A stretch of DNA of 64,000 nucleotides from the human T2T-CHM13v2.0 reference genome, Homo sapiens. The stretch lies in NCBI RefSeq assembly GCF_009914755.1, contig NC_060940.1; one strand, given 5' to 3'. Made by a program: the position numbers and the translations under genes. The notes beneath the pieces are model-generated. The model worked only from the letters and a program-made list of their open reading frames with translations. It searched no databases and was not told the DNA's origin. This document shows positions 12,577 through 25,565 of this stretch, one piece after another (within the stretch, counting starts at the first letter, position 1; each line of letters begins with the position of its first letter).

Positions 12577-14577
12577 ATGGGCTAAGTTAGCTCTTCATCT
12601 AACTTACCTGTGCTTTCAGGGCCTGCTCAGCCCAATCATGTATATACCACTTCCATTCGATGATGGAATGCTGCTGTGCATGCCTGACTTTATGGCTAGA
12701 TGGGTCAGATAACACCTACTCCATGATGGGCAGCTCAGGTCGCATGGAAACTTGGTGGCCCATGATTAAGCATTCAGTTTCTATTATACTAAGGCCCAGT
12801 AGCAGACCGAGATCTGTCTCTCAAAAAGAGAGCAGTGGGCTGGGCCCGGTGGCTCATGCTTGTAATCCCAGCACTTTGGGAGGCTGAGGTGGGCAGATCA
12901 CCTGAGGTCGGGAGTTCAAGACCAGCCTGACCAGCCTGACCAGTCGGATACACACAGGGGTAAAAAGGCTGAATAAACGAAGAAAGACTAAGAGGGCATG
13001 GCTGTATTAGTCATGGTTAGTAAAGTCACCCATCTCTACTAAAAATACAAAATTAGCTGGGCATGGTGGCAAATGCCTATAATCCCAGCTACTCAGGAGG
13101 CTGAGGCAGGGGAATTGCTTGAACCCAGGAGGTGGAGGTTGTGGTGACTGGTGAGCTGACATCGCGTCATTGCACTTCTGGGCAACAAGAGCGAAACTCC
13201 GTCTCAAAAAAACCAAAAAATAAAAAACAGAACAAACAAACAAAAAAGGGTAGTTATCTGCAGATGCAAGCAAGACCTCACTCCAAACCCTCAAGGCCTC
13301 CTTTGTGATTCACCTACAGGGACCTGCCAAGGCTCCAGACAGCATCCCTATCTGCCACTGACACCTCAAGCACCATGGAATCTGCTGGATCATGTGGCCC
13401 AAGAAGCAGAGCAGCTTGTGCAGCAGCCTGGATCTGTTGCAGAGCCTTCCCCTGTTCTGGGCCCCACGCAAAACTAGCAGCTTTTCAGTCATCTGATCAA
13501 TGGGCCAGAGTAGCACATCCAAATAAGGAAGCACATCCAAATAAGGACTGTGTTGCCTCTACAATCCAAATAGGCCCACTAGGTGTTGTGCCTATTTCCT
13601 GGTTGTAGGTGGGGCCAGATACAACAACTTATCCTTCACCTTAGAAGGGATATCCTGACAGCCCCACATCACTATACCCCCAGAATTTCACTGAAGTAGA
13701 AGGCACCTGAGTTTTAGTTGGATTTATTTCCCACCCTCTGAGATGCAAATATTTTACCAGTAAGTCCACAGTGGTTGCTACTTCTCACTCACTAGGTCCA
13801 GTCAGCATAATGTCATCAATGTAATGGACCAGTGTGATAGCTTTGGAAGGTAAAAGCAACCAAGATCCCTGGGAGCTAGATTATGACATAAAGCTGGAGA
13901 GTTGATATACCCATGAGGTAGGACAGTGAAAGGTATATTACTAACCTTGCCAGCTGAGGGCAAACTGCTTCTGGTGGGCCTTATGGACATGTATGGAGAA
14001 AAAGGCATCTGCTAGATTAATAGTTGCATACCAGGTACCAGGAGACATGTTAATTTGCTTAAGCAAGGAAACTACATCTGGTACAGCAGCTGCAATTGGA
14101 ATCACCACTTTATTAAGCTTACAATAATCCACCGTCATTCTCCAAGATCCATCAGTCTTTTGCACAGGCCAAATAGGAGAGTTGAATGGGGATGTGATGA
14201 GAATCACCACCCCTGCATCTTTCAGGTCCTTGATGGTGGCACTAATCTCTGTAATCCCTCCAAGGATGTGCTATTGTTTTTGATTCACTGCTTTCCTAGG
14301 TAGAGGCAGCTCTAATGGCTTCCATTTGGCTTTTCCCACCATAATATCCTTCACTCCCACAGGTTAGGGGACCAATGTGGAAATTCTGCCAGCTATGTCT
14401 ATTCCAATTGTGCCTATTCCAATTATGCATTCTGGAACTGGGGAAATAACTACAGGATAGGTCCAGGGACCTACTGGACCCACTGTAAATTGGAACAGAG
14501 CTAAAACTCCATTAATTAACCTAGCCCACATAATCCCCTACTCTAACTGGAGGGCCACAATGACATTTTGTGTCTCA
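12577..14577 (-). pseudogene. pol: HERV-L (ERV3) pol remnant: part of protease, RT and RNase H region; frameshifted and Alu-interrupted
   Basis: ORF 13941-14210 reads [23 protein letters not shown]...DAFFSI; [11 protein letters not shown] follows. The catalytic YIDD is encoded at 13812-13823 on the minus strand. Confidence 0.93.
12838..13241 (+). mobile_element. AluSp carrying an internal non-Alu insertion
   Basis: Sp diagnostics GAGGTCGGGAGTTCAAGACCAGCCTGACC and AAAAATACAAAATTAGC; 12941-13018 is foreign sequence. Confidence 0.92.
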
Positions 14578-15133
14578 TTTTAAAAATTCCTTTAAGTGAT
14601 CATTGTCTAAAGCAAAGATAATAACAATGTATTGTGGGATTTATAACACATGTAGAAATTAAATATGTAACAATAATAGCACACAGCATGGGAGGAGAAA
14701 TGGAAGTATACTGTTTTAAGGGTCTTGTATGTAAAGTAGCATAGTTTTTGGAGATATACTTTGGTAGTTAAAGACACATATTGCAATTGCTAGAACAAAC
14801 ACACACAGAAAAAGAAGAAATGAAATAATAGTAATATAAACAATAAAATATATTAATAATAAAATGAAAAATAGTAAAATAAAATGGAATACAAAAAACA
14901 TTCAATTATTATCATTCAAGAAAAGACAGGAAAAGAACAAAAAATAAATGAAACAAACAGCAAGTTAGTAGACTTAAAGCCAACCATTTCAATAATTGCA
15001 TTACATGTAAATGGACTAAATGATGAAATTATAATGCAGAAATTGTCAAACTGGACAAAAAAGTAAGACCCAGCTATATTCCTCAAGAAATTAACATTAT
15101 ATATACAAACATAGTTTAAAAGTAAAACTATAG

Positions 15134-15548
<415 letters not shown>

Positions 15549-15829
15549 AACATTTCATAATGATAAATAAGTCAAGGCAAAAAGATAGAACAAACATAAA
15601 TAGGTATTGGCCTAATAACAGAGCTTTAAAATACATGAAACACATATTGACATAAATGAAAGGGTAAATAGATAAATTTAAATTATAGTTGAAGTTTTTC
15701 AAAACTCTTTTTGCAATAATTCATAGGACAAGTAGACAGAAAATTAATAAAAATATAGAAGGCTTGAACATCACTGTCAACCAAACTGACTTAAACAACA
15801 TTCACTCACCAGGTACAAAATACATGTTC

Positions 15830-16020
15830 TTTTTTTAAATTGATACATAATAGATCTACATATTTTCATGGTACATGTGGTAATGTGTTACATCCATATA
15901 ATATATAAAGATCAACTCAGGATAATTGGGATATACACCAACTTCAATGTTTATTTTTCCTTATGCTAGGAATGTTCTAATTATTCTTTTAGCTATTTTG
16001 AAATGTACAATAGATTTATT
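15830..16020 (-). mobile_element. L1MA-type 3' end nested in the L1ME
   Basis: TTGATACATAATAGATCTACATATTTT...AGCTATTTTGAAATGTACAATAGATT. Confidence 0.75.
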
Positions 16021-17699
16021 ATTCTTTTCAAGTGCACATGGGACATTCAGCAAATAGGCCATATCCTGAACTAAATGTAAAAAAAAAAAATTATAAAGTT
16101 TCTTAGGAGAAAAATTTCACAATCTTGGGGCAGATAAAGATTTCCTAGACAGGACAGAAAATATACTAAACGTAAAGAAAGAAAGCGATTAAAATTGATA
16201 AATTGGATTTCATCAAAATTTAAAACTTCTTGTCTTCAAAAGACAAGTGAAAAGACAATAAGAAAGTGAAAAGACAATCCACAGTCCAGAAGAAAATACT
16301 CATACATATATCTGGTAGGACTTGTATACAAATATAAAAAGAACTCATAATACAATAATTAAAAAGGCAAATTGAACATTTTAAACAGATAAATTTTCCA
16401 GCAGACACTTTGAAAAGAAAATATACAAGTGGCCAATGAGCACATCATCAGGGAAATGCAAAGTAAAACCATAATGAGATGTGACTACATACCCACTAAC
16501 ATTTAAAACACTTACAGTATTGAGAGTTGGTGAGGATGTGAAACAACTGGAACTTTCATACACCGCTGATAGGGGTGTGAAATGGAAACATCACTTTGGA
16601 AAACAGTCTGGCAGTGTCAAAGTTGAACATATATTTACTATACGACCTAAAAGTTTCACTCTGAGGTATGCAAATAAAAGAAATGAAAACACATTCACAA
16701 AAGGCTTGTGTGTAAACATTCATAGCTACTTTATTCACAATAGCCAAAAATGTGAAACAGCCTCAAATTTAGTCAACATGGACAATCAAGTTGTAGTATA
16801 GTCTCTACCATAGAATACTACTCAGCAAGAAGAAAGTAATAAACAGTATGGAGGAATCTTTAAAATATCGTGCTAACCAAAATAGGCTGACACAAAAGAC
16901 TACACCCTTTGTGACTGCATTTTTGTGGAGTTCAACGGCAGGCAAAACTAATCTATATTAATAGAAATCCAACAAGTGGCTTCCTGGGTCGGGGGTGGAG
17001 GAATTGACTACAAAGGGGCTCAGAGGTATTTCTGGGGTGATAGAAATGTTCTATATCTTGGTTGTGACGGTGGTTACCTGGGTGTATACATTTGTCAAAC
17101 CTTATCAAACTGAACACTTAAAACAGGGTGTATGTATGTTATACCTCAATAAAGTTGACTTTTTTAACAAGAGGTTTTTGTCCTTCGGGGGTGTCAATCC
17201 AGATGGGGAAACCATATTAGAAACCCAGGGGACTCCCCTGTGGTTCCACACAAGCCAGAAGGGCATTCTACACTACTTTATGCCTTGCATACCTAGGTGC
17301 CATGAAGATCCAAGGAAAGGGAGATGGGTGGGGGACTAGTCAGTGTAAGTTTCATGAAGAATCTGATGCACGGAGAGAAGGCTTGGAAAAGAAATAGACC
17401 ATAGGGTCTTAGAAGCAAGGCAAAGGATTTATAAGGCTGAAAATGGGCATTCTTGGGATCCTGAGTTGGGCGATGGCAGTGTGAGAGTGCTATGGGTGGG
17501 GAATCCGGGGGCAAGAGTCCAGGAAGGAGGCTCTGGAAGGTGGGTAAACACTGACTGATGGAGGTCTGCTCTAGTGAGGTGACCTGGGGATACAAAGGGA
17601 GGAGTGGACCCGAGAGCCATTCCAATGAGCACAAGCCCTTGGGGGATGTTGGCTGTCTCTTACAGAACTAGAGAACTTTCTGAACCATGGAGAGGATGG

Positions 17700-17895
17700 A
17701 GCTGAGACTCTGAAGTCTATTGCCCTAGCTCCAAGCTGGCTCCACCACAAAAAAAACTTGGGGAAAATTTCTTAAGCACCCAAACCTTAGCTTTCTCATT
17801 TGTAATATGGGATGAATAAAAACATGCAAGGTTATTGAGAGGATTAGAGGTGAGGCAGATAAAATACCTGGCATGAAGTTATAATAAATGAAAGA
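17700..17895 (+). mobile_element. MIR
   Basis: CTTAGCTTTCTCATTTGTAATATGGGATGAATAA...GAGGATTAGAGGTGAG. Confidence 0.7.
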
Positions 17896-18535
17896 ATTAT
17901 AATTAGTCCTAAGGTTCATCAGAGATTCCTGAGACCCCCTATGAGGTGTCTCCTTCCTTTAGGTCTCAGGGGTGGGGTCACAACTATGCTGGATTAGTGA
18001 AAAGCAAAACACTAATAAATATATCAATGTACAAGTGTACTCATCATCAAGGACAAGCAACAATAGGTACACATGTCATTTACATGTGTGTGGCACATGG
18101 GCAGCAAAAAGAGAAGGAGGTGGGTCCCTTTGTCCCTTTCACTAAAAATAATGGGTCAGCGCGTCCAACTATGGAAATCTGGGCGAAGGGGTTCATAATT
18201 CAGTTTCTCCACTGGGAGAAAGATGCCTTTTTAATCTGCAAACTGACGGAAAGTAGCCTACTTACCCTAATATCTCTGTCATTAAGTGGCCTCCTTGATA
18301 CTTTGATACAGGTAACTGTGGCTCTCAGGGAATCCTAGGAGACCACTGTTCCAGAATCTCTTCTCCAGGTAGGGACATGTGTTGCGGGTGTCGGGCGAGC
18401 ACAAACTTATTACAGTTGCTCAGATCTAGGGAAGATTATTTTTCCTACATTGAAAAAGACAAGCATTTACTGAGCATCTACTGTTTACAAGGCAGGTAGT
18501 GTGTTAAAGGCTTTACCTGAAGTGCCTGGTGTAAC

Positions 18536-18977
18536 CATTCATTTATTCAGCAATTATTTATTGAGTTGCAACAAGGCACTGTGTAAGATGTCAGGGATGC
18601 ACTGGGGTCAGGGAGACAAGCAAACAGTTCACAACCACAGGATGGTAAATATCACAACACAGTAGGACCAGGGCAGAGAAGCAACACCTAACCTGGTCTT
18701 GGCAGAGGAGGGTGCAAGAAATCTTCCCGGAAGGAGTGAGACCTAAGCGGAACACTGAAGCCCAACTGAAAAGTAAGTTAATCGGGTGAAGGGGAGGTGT
18801 GGATGGGAGGCTGTGGGGGAGTGGAACATTCCAGGCAAAGGAAAGAGCAAGCCCTAAGGCCTGGCAGTAAGAGAGACAGAGAATAGTTCATTAGAGGAAT
18901 TGTTAGCAGTTCACTATGGTTGGAGCAGAAAAATGGCAGCAGCAGTAAGCAAAGGTCTGGTCATGAAAGACTGACAG
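18536..18977 (-). mobile_element. L2 3' region
   Basis: CATTCATTTATTCAGCAATTATTTATTGAG...CATTCCAGGCAAAGGAAAGAGCAAG. Confidence 0.75.
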
Positions 18978-19020
18978 GCCTGGAATCGAGTTACAGATTT
19001 AGCAAATGAAAATACAGTTG

Positions 19021-19745
<725 letters not shown>

Positions 19746-19984
19746 TGCAGGTTGCCCAGTTAAATCTGAATTTCAGACAAACAATGATTTTTTTTTTAGT
19801 GTTAAGTATATCCCATGCAATATTTGGAGCATCATTATACTAAAAAATTATTCAGTGTTTATCTGAAATTCAAATTTTACTGGGTGTCTTGGCAACTCTG
19901 CCTGGAAAGGGGTTTACCCTGAGAACAGTAAGAAGGGCAGTGATGAGCTACCAAAGGTCACAGCCAGGACAGCATATGATATGC

Positions 19985-20118
19985 CACTTCTACAGCAGAT
20001 GTACAGGTGAGGAAACTGAGGCTCGGTGATATAGCCAGTCTCCCTGCTAGCTTAGTGAGGAAGCAAGGATCTGAACATGGGCCTGCCTCACCCTAAGCCT
20101 GTGTCTGTCCATTACACC
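19985..20118 (-). mobile_element. MIR
   Basis: ACAGGTGAGGAAACTGAGGCTC core. Confidence 0.75.
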
Positions 20119-20135
20119 TCCAGACTTCACAAAAC

Positions 20136-20491
20136 TTTTTCTTTTTTTTTTTTCTTCAACTTTTATTTTAAGTTCCAGGATACATGTGCAGGATGTCCAG
20201 GTTTGTTACATAGGTAAACGTGTGCCATGGTGGTTTGCTGCACAGATCATCCCATCACCTAGATATTAAGCACAGCATACATTAGCCATTATTCCTGATT
20301 CTCTCCCTCTCCCCACAACCCCTCAGCTCTGACAGGCCCCAGTGTGTGTCATTTCCCCTTATGTGTCCATGTGTTCTCATCATTCAGTTCCCACTTATAA
20401 GTAAGAACATGCAGTGTTTGGTTTTCTGTTCCTGCATTAGTTTGCTGAGGATAAGGGCTTCCAACTCCATCCATGTCCCTGCAAAGGACAT
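20136..20491 (-). mobile_element. L1PA (older primate) 3' end, 5'-truncated
   Basis: CAACTTTTATTTTAAGTTCCAGGATACATGTGCAGGATG...CATGTCCCTGCAAAGGACAT; partial TSD TCACAAAACT / TCACAAACCT. Confidence 0.9.
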
Positions 20492-20552
20492 CACAAACCT
20501 CCTTCCAGAAACATCCACCTCCATGAAGAAGAGCATGAATTCACTCTTGCTG

Positions 20553-20554
<2 letters not shown>

Positions 20555-20584
<30 letters not shown>
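20555..20584 (+). repeat. A30 homopolymer
   Basis: Uninterrupted A run. Confidence 0.95.
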
Positions 20585-20586
<2 letters not shown>

Positions 20587-21939
20587 AAGTGGGGGTCAAG
20601 AGCACATATTGAGCCCAGAGGACTCCAGCAAAAGCAGGCAAGTATTCCTGAGCACTAAAACACAGGGCCACACCTCCTGCTGGGCACCAGCTCTCCACGG
20701 AGGTCTCCCTCGCCCTCTTATCTGCCTTTACCATCACAATCAAACCAGGGACACTCAGAGCCATGAACTGAAATGTTGGAAGGGGACTTAGGAGCCATTC
20801 ATCCAACATCCCCCTTTGGGCAGGATTTCCATCCACAGTTGTCGTCGTGAATGTCACCTCCTTGGTTTGGCTCTTAATTCTTGGCTCCTGTTTGTGGCAG
20901 TCTTTCCTCACCTTCGATTCCCTGCTTCCAACCTGTTCAGGTGTCAGAAAGCAGTTCACCAAGCTAACTAGACCTAGGTGTTAAGTAAAAGTCAGTGGTC
21001 TCAAGCAAGGGCCCAGAAGTCTCTTCTGTGTGGAAAGAGAAACTTTGTAATGTGTATTCCTGCTGCTCAGGGATGTTTGGGGCTTACCTCCTCCCCATCT
21101 TGTTCCAAATAGATGTTGCTGCTTTAGACCTGGGTTCCATAGAAATGAGGTTAAATAACTGCATTTAGCTTAGCACAGCCCAGGAGTTACATTAGCGTAT
21201 TTTAGTAGCACAAGGGAGAATACAGAGGAGCAACAGAAGGGTGATGTGTGCTCGGCCAGCAGAGTCTCCTGCAGGAAATTACTGACGCCAGCCAGCTGCT
21301 CCAGGCCCCTGTCAGGCTGTTTCTCCTCCTCTCCTATCTCTCAGGGGATAGCCGTCCTGCTATGGCTTGTCAGCTCTGGAAGACAAAGAGGGTAAAACTC
21401 TCAGTTGGCTGAGTGCCTGTCTCTAGCACGTCCCCTCCAGAAGCCAGGGCTGAACACAGCCCTGCCAGGGGTGGGGGTGGGACGAAGTGTCCAGCAATCC
21501 TCTTTTCTCTAGAAATGGGATTGGAAATGGGGTAATCGTCTAAATGGGCAGTCCTGATGAGTCGATAAGCATAACTCCCATTTTATTACGGTGATGAGGC
21601 TGCCTGAGCGGGCATAATCCCTCTGCCGGGCTCCAGGCGATTGCTAGGCAGCCAGCCACTACCCCGCCTCTCCACCACGGCTGCATTAGTCTGATGGGAA
21701 GAGGCTGAGCTCTCCACTGAATTGCATTTCATAATGGCATTTAAAAGCACGGATCCCGGTTCACGCCAGAGTCCAGGACACTGCTGGCCAAACTGCCTCT
21801 CCCCCTTCATACTGCCCTCCTGCTCCCCCAACCAGTGATGGGGACCACATGGTCAAAATGCAGGGCCACGCTCAGCCAGGTAAGATGAAAAAGATGTCAG
21901 GGAAGACCCCAAATTAAAATGGATCAAGAAAATATGATA

Positions 21940-22018
21940 TTAGGTTGGTGCAAGGGTAATTGCGGTTTTGCCATTAAAAATATTGGCAAAAACCACAATT
22001 ACTTTTGCACTAACCTAA
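21940..22018. mobile_element. MADE1 (Hsmar1-derived MITE), intact hairpin
   Basis: TTAGGTTGGTGCAA...TTGCACTAACCTAA flanked by TA duplications. Confidence 0.95.
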
Positions 22019-22605
22019 TATAATGGAAAAACTGTGGATTCTGGCACCCAGCAATCCCACTAACTCTCTGGGAACTCTATTTCCTCATCTGCATTATGTG
22101 ATTTATATGGTTCTTTCCTGCTCTCCCACATAAATTCATAGATTCATGACTCTCCAACCCAGCCAGGAATTCCACCCTTATAGACTAATTCCTTTGTGTT
22201 GTAAAGGCTGTTTTATCTTTCATACTTCCCTATTGAAATTATAATTTACTACTTTACTAATGCACACTTTGTGGGAGAGGAAGACCTGTTAGTAGCTGGA
22301 AGCGAGGCCCTGAGGGAACAGGACAGGCAAAGGAGGAGTAACCAGGAAGATGCAAGGGGTTCAGGAAGGGAGGTGCAGAGACACTCAAGGCCATGTCATC
22401 TGAGAATGGGTGAGGTCCAGGTAAAGGGCTGCAGATTAGGACAGCTGGTTCTGCCGGTGGAGCTCAGGGGCCTGCAAAATAAATCACATCATGTGTGCAT
22501 ATCTGACTCCTGAAACGAGGCTTCATCTTTACCCTATTCACTCACATACTCACTCACCCATCATCCAGGAGGCAATGAGGTACAGAAAAATTAAGACTGC
22601 TTTTA

Positions 22606-22922
<317 letters not shown>

Positions 22923-23052
22923 CTAGACTTAGATCGTAAAGCTAGGCCCTAGCAGCAATGCCAGTATTTAATTGTCATATGACATTGAATGAGGCATTTA
23001 CCATTCTAAGCCAGCAAAATAAGGCTAATGCCCACCTTGCACACTCCATGGG

Positions 23053-23166
23053 CAGGGTTGCCACCTTGCACAACTCCAGGGGGTGCCATGCCCACAGGAG
23101 TCTACATGAACTGAGCTCACCAGACCTAGGCAATGCGCAACTTGCACAGCCAAATGTAGCAGCCTG
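23053..23166. mobile_element. MER91B-like (hAT-Tip100) MITE
   Basis: TGCACAACTCCAGGGGGTGCCAT...GCAATGCGCAACTTGCACAGCC. Confidence 0.65.
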
Positions 23167-23694
23167 ACTTGTAGTTAAAATGTCAAATGACATAAGCTAC
23201 ATTAGCCATAAACACTATTAACACAGCAGTATTATTATATCGGTCACATTCTAGAAGAGGGTGCTAGATATATAAAACATATATTCTTGAAAATTGAAAT
23301 TTAGTAGCATCAAGTTTTGCATTCTATCCAATTCAACCATTATATCACCCTAGTGTTATCTTTGTCATTCAGACTATAGGAAGCATTAAAAAGAATAGCA
23401 AAATAGGGGTGGCTCCAAACCTAGGGTGAGGCAAATACTCGTCCTTATGCATGATGTGTCTTCCTGGTCCCAAGCCCACTTTGCCCTTGGTACTATCAGC
23501 CTTTTGAAATATTCTTTATTATAAGACACTCAAGGGATCTCAGTGAAGGCAAGCCACCATGATGGACATCTCAGATCAGGTTAGGAGGACCAGAAATGTC
23601 CAACCCAAGAGTAATTTCCCTGGATGTCACACCCTCTCACACACCAACTCACCATCAGCTCAGGGCAGCAGGTCCTGAAAACACCCTCTCCTAC

Positions 23695-24059
23695 TGTTAT
23701 GCACTGAATGTCTGTGTCCCCTCCAAATTTATATGCTGAAATCTAACCCCCAATGTGATGGTGTTTGGAGGCAGGGCCTCTTTGGGAGGTATTCAGGTCA
23801 TGAGGGTGGAGCCTTCATGAATGAGATTAATGCCTTTAGAAGAAGAGGTCAGAGAGCTAGCTTGCTCTCTTTCTGCCAGGTGAGGATACAATGAGAGTCA
23901 GCTGCTTGCAACCCAGAGGAGTCCTCACCAGAACCTGACCGTGCTGGCACCCTGCTCTCAGACTTCCCAGCCTCCAGAACTGTGAGAAATAAGTGTCTAT
24001 CATTCATAAGCCACTTGGTCCAAGATACTTAGTTACAGCAACCCAAATGGACTCAGATA
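23695..24059 (+). mobile_element. MLT1A solo LTR
   Basis: TGTTATGCACTGAATGTCTGTGTCCCC...CAGCCTCCAGAACTGTGAGAAATAA; TSD CCTAC / CCTCC. Confidence 0.9.
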
Positions 24060-24600
24060 CCTCCCAACCTTCCAACAGGCCACTTTTGCCTGAGAAAGGA
24101 GAAAAACCACAGATTTGTGACTCTGCCACTGCCCACTACTCCACTGACTCCAAATCCCCTCTGATTTTTCCCCTGACCATTGGTGAGGGTGGTTAGGCAG
24201 GTTAAAAATGTTGAAGTAATGTAAAGTTCCTTGATCCCTTGCTGCCCTTACAGGAGGGGGAAGATGGAAATAGAGAATACTAAATGCATTTGTTCCCATT
24301 TCTCCATTCTCATTCACTGTCCTGATTCCCATCATCTGCATCAGATGCCTCCTAATGTGTCTCCCTGGTCCCAAGACGAGTTACCCTCCACACCTCCACC
24401 CCACACTCCTCTCAGAGCTTCTGCTCTAAAACACAGCTCTTGACTAGTCATGTCCTTGGGTTGCAGGCTGCACAGTGCCCCTGTACATAGAGGGCACCAT
24501 CTCAGCCATAGGCTTGTTCCCAACCTCACCTCTAGCCGCTTCCTCTCACATAACCAACATGGCAGCCCCAAGGGGTGGCTCTCTGTTCCTGAACAACCCT

Positions 24601-25565
24601 CATGTATCTATTCATTCAATGAATGTTTACTTGAGACTCTAAGGTGTATTGGGGCACTGCACTGGGCACTGGAAATGTAGTAAAGGCAAACCCAGCAGGA
24701 TCCTGGAGCTCCCAACCTTCCAGGGAAAACAGACATCAATCAGATAACCACAAAAATAAATGTGTGATTACAAACCATGATATTTGATAAGGAAATGTGC
24801 TCTGAGATGTACTAGGCAGAAGGGCTGAAGCAGTCAGGGGGATCCAGGGAGGTTTCCCTGAAGAAGTGATATTTGAGCTGAAACCTGAAAAATGAGAAGG
24901 GATGAATTAGGTAACGGGGGTGGGAGGGGAGGATGGCAGCAACAGGAGAAAGTATTCCAGGTTGAGGGAGCTACCTGGGCTGGGGGCCTGTGAGCAGACT
25001 GGTGCCACTCGGGACAGGGCTGGGGGCACTGGTAAGGTCTCCAGGGGCCAGATCATGAGGGGCCTTAGAGGCCCTGCTGAGGATTTGAGTCTTTATCCTA
25101 AGAGAAAGTAGAAGGCATTAAGGGGTTTTAAGCATTGGGAGGGAGGTAGTTTGGGGACCGTGTGACGTGAGCAGATTTGCATTTCAGAATGGTCATTCCA
25201 GCTGCAGTGAGAAGGGGCTGGAGGGCTCAGGGTGGATGTGGGAGGTCCATCAAGGAGGTAGATATTGCCTCCATTCTGAGCAAGACACATGGATGCCAAC
25301 TTGGACTGGGAGCTGAAAACGGAGCAAATGAACTGACCAAGCCAGTTTACCAAGGCAGATGGATGGGTGGTGCCATCTGGAAAGATGGAGCACTGGAAGA
25401 TGATTGGATTTGGGTGAAAAGATCCTGAGATCTGTTTGGGACAGAATGGGTCTAGGGAGCCTTTGAAGCTTCCAAGTGGAAATAACAGTGATGGATGGGT
25501 CTGGGATGGAGACATGCATTTTGAGAGTCATCTGCACACAGACTGCAATGGAAGATATGGACATG
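24601..25565 (-). mobile_element. L2 (about 1 kb of 3' region)
   Basis: TTCATTCAATGAATGTTTACTTGAG tail; GGTTTCCCTGAAGAAGTGATATTTGAGCTG; GATTTGCATTTCAGAATGGTCATTCCAGCTGC. Confidence 0.82.

Noticed and set aside
20384-20962. Longest ORF in the track (192 aa, minus strand)
   Set aside because: It uses a non-ATG start, crosses the A30 tract (poly-Phe) and ends in L1PA sequence (FAGTWMELEA...). A chance composite, not a gene.
21481-21564. Hammerhead-ribozyme-like GACGAA...CTGATGAGTC
   Set aside because: The core reads GAAG rather than GAAA, stem II is only 3 bp, and I could not build stems I and III around an NUH cleavage triplet.
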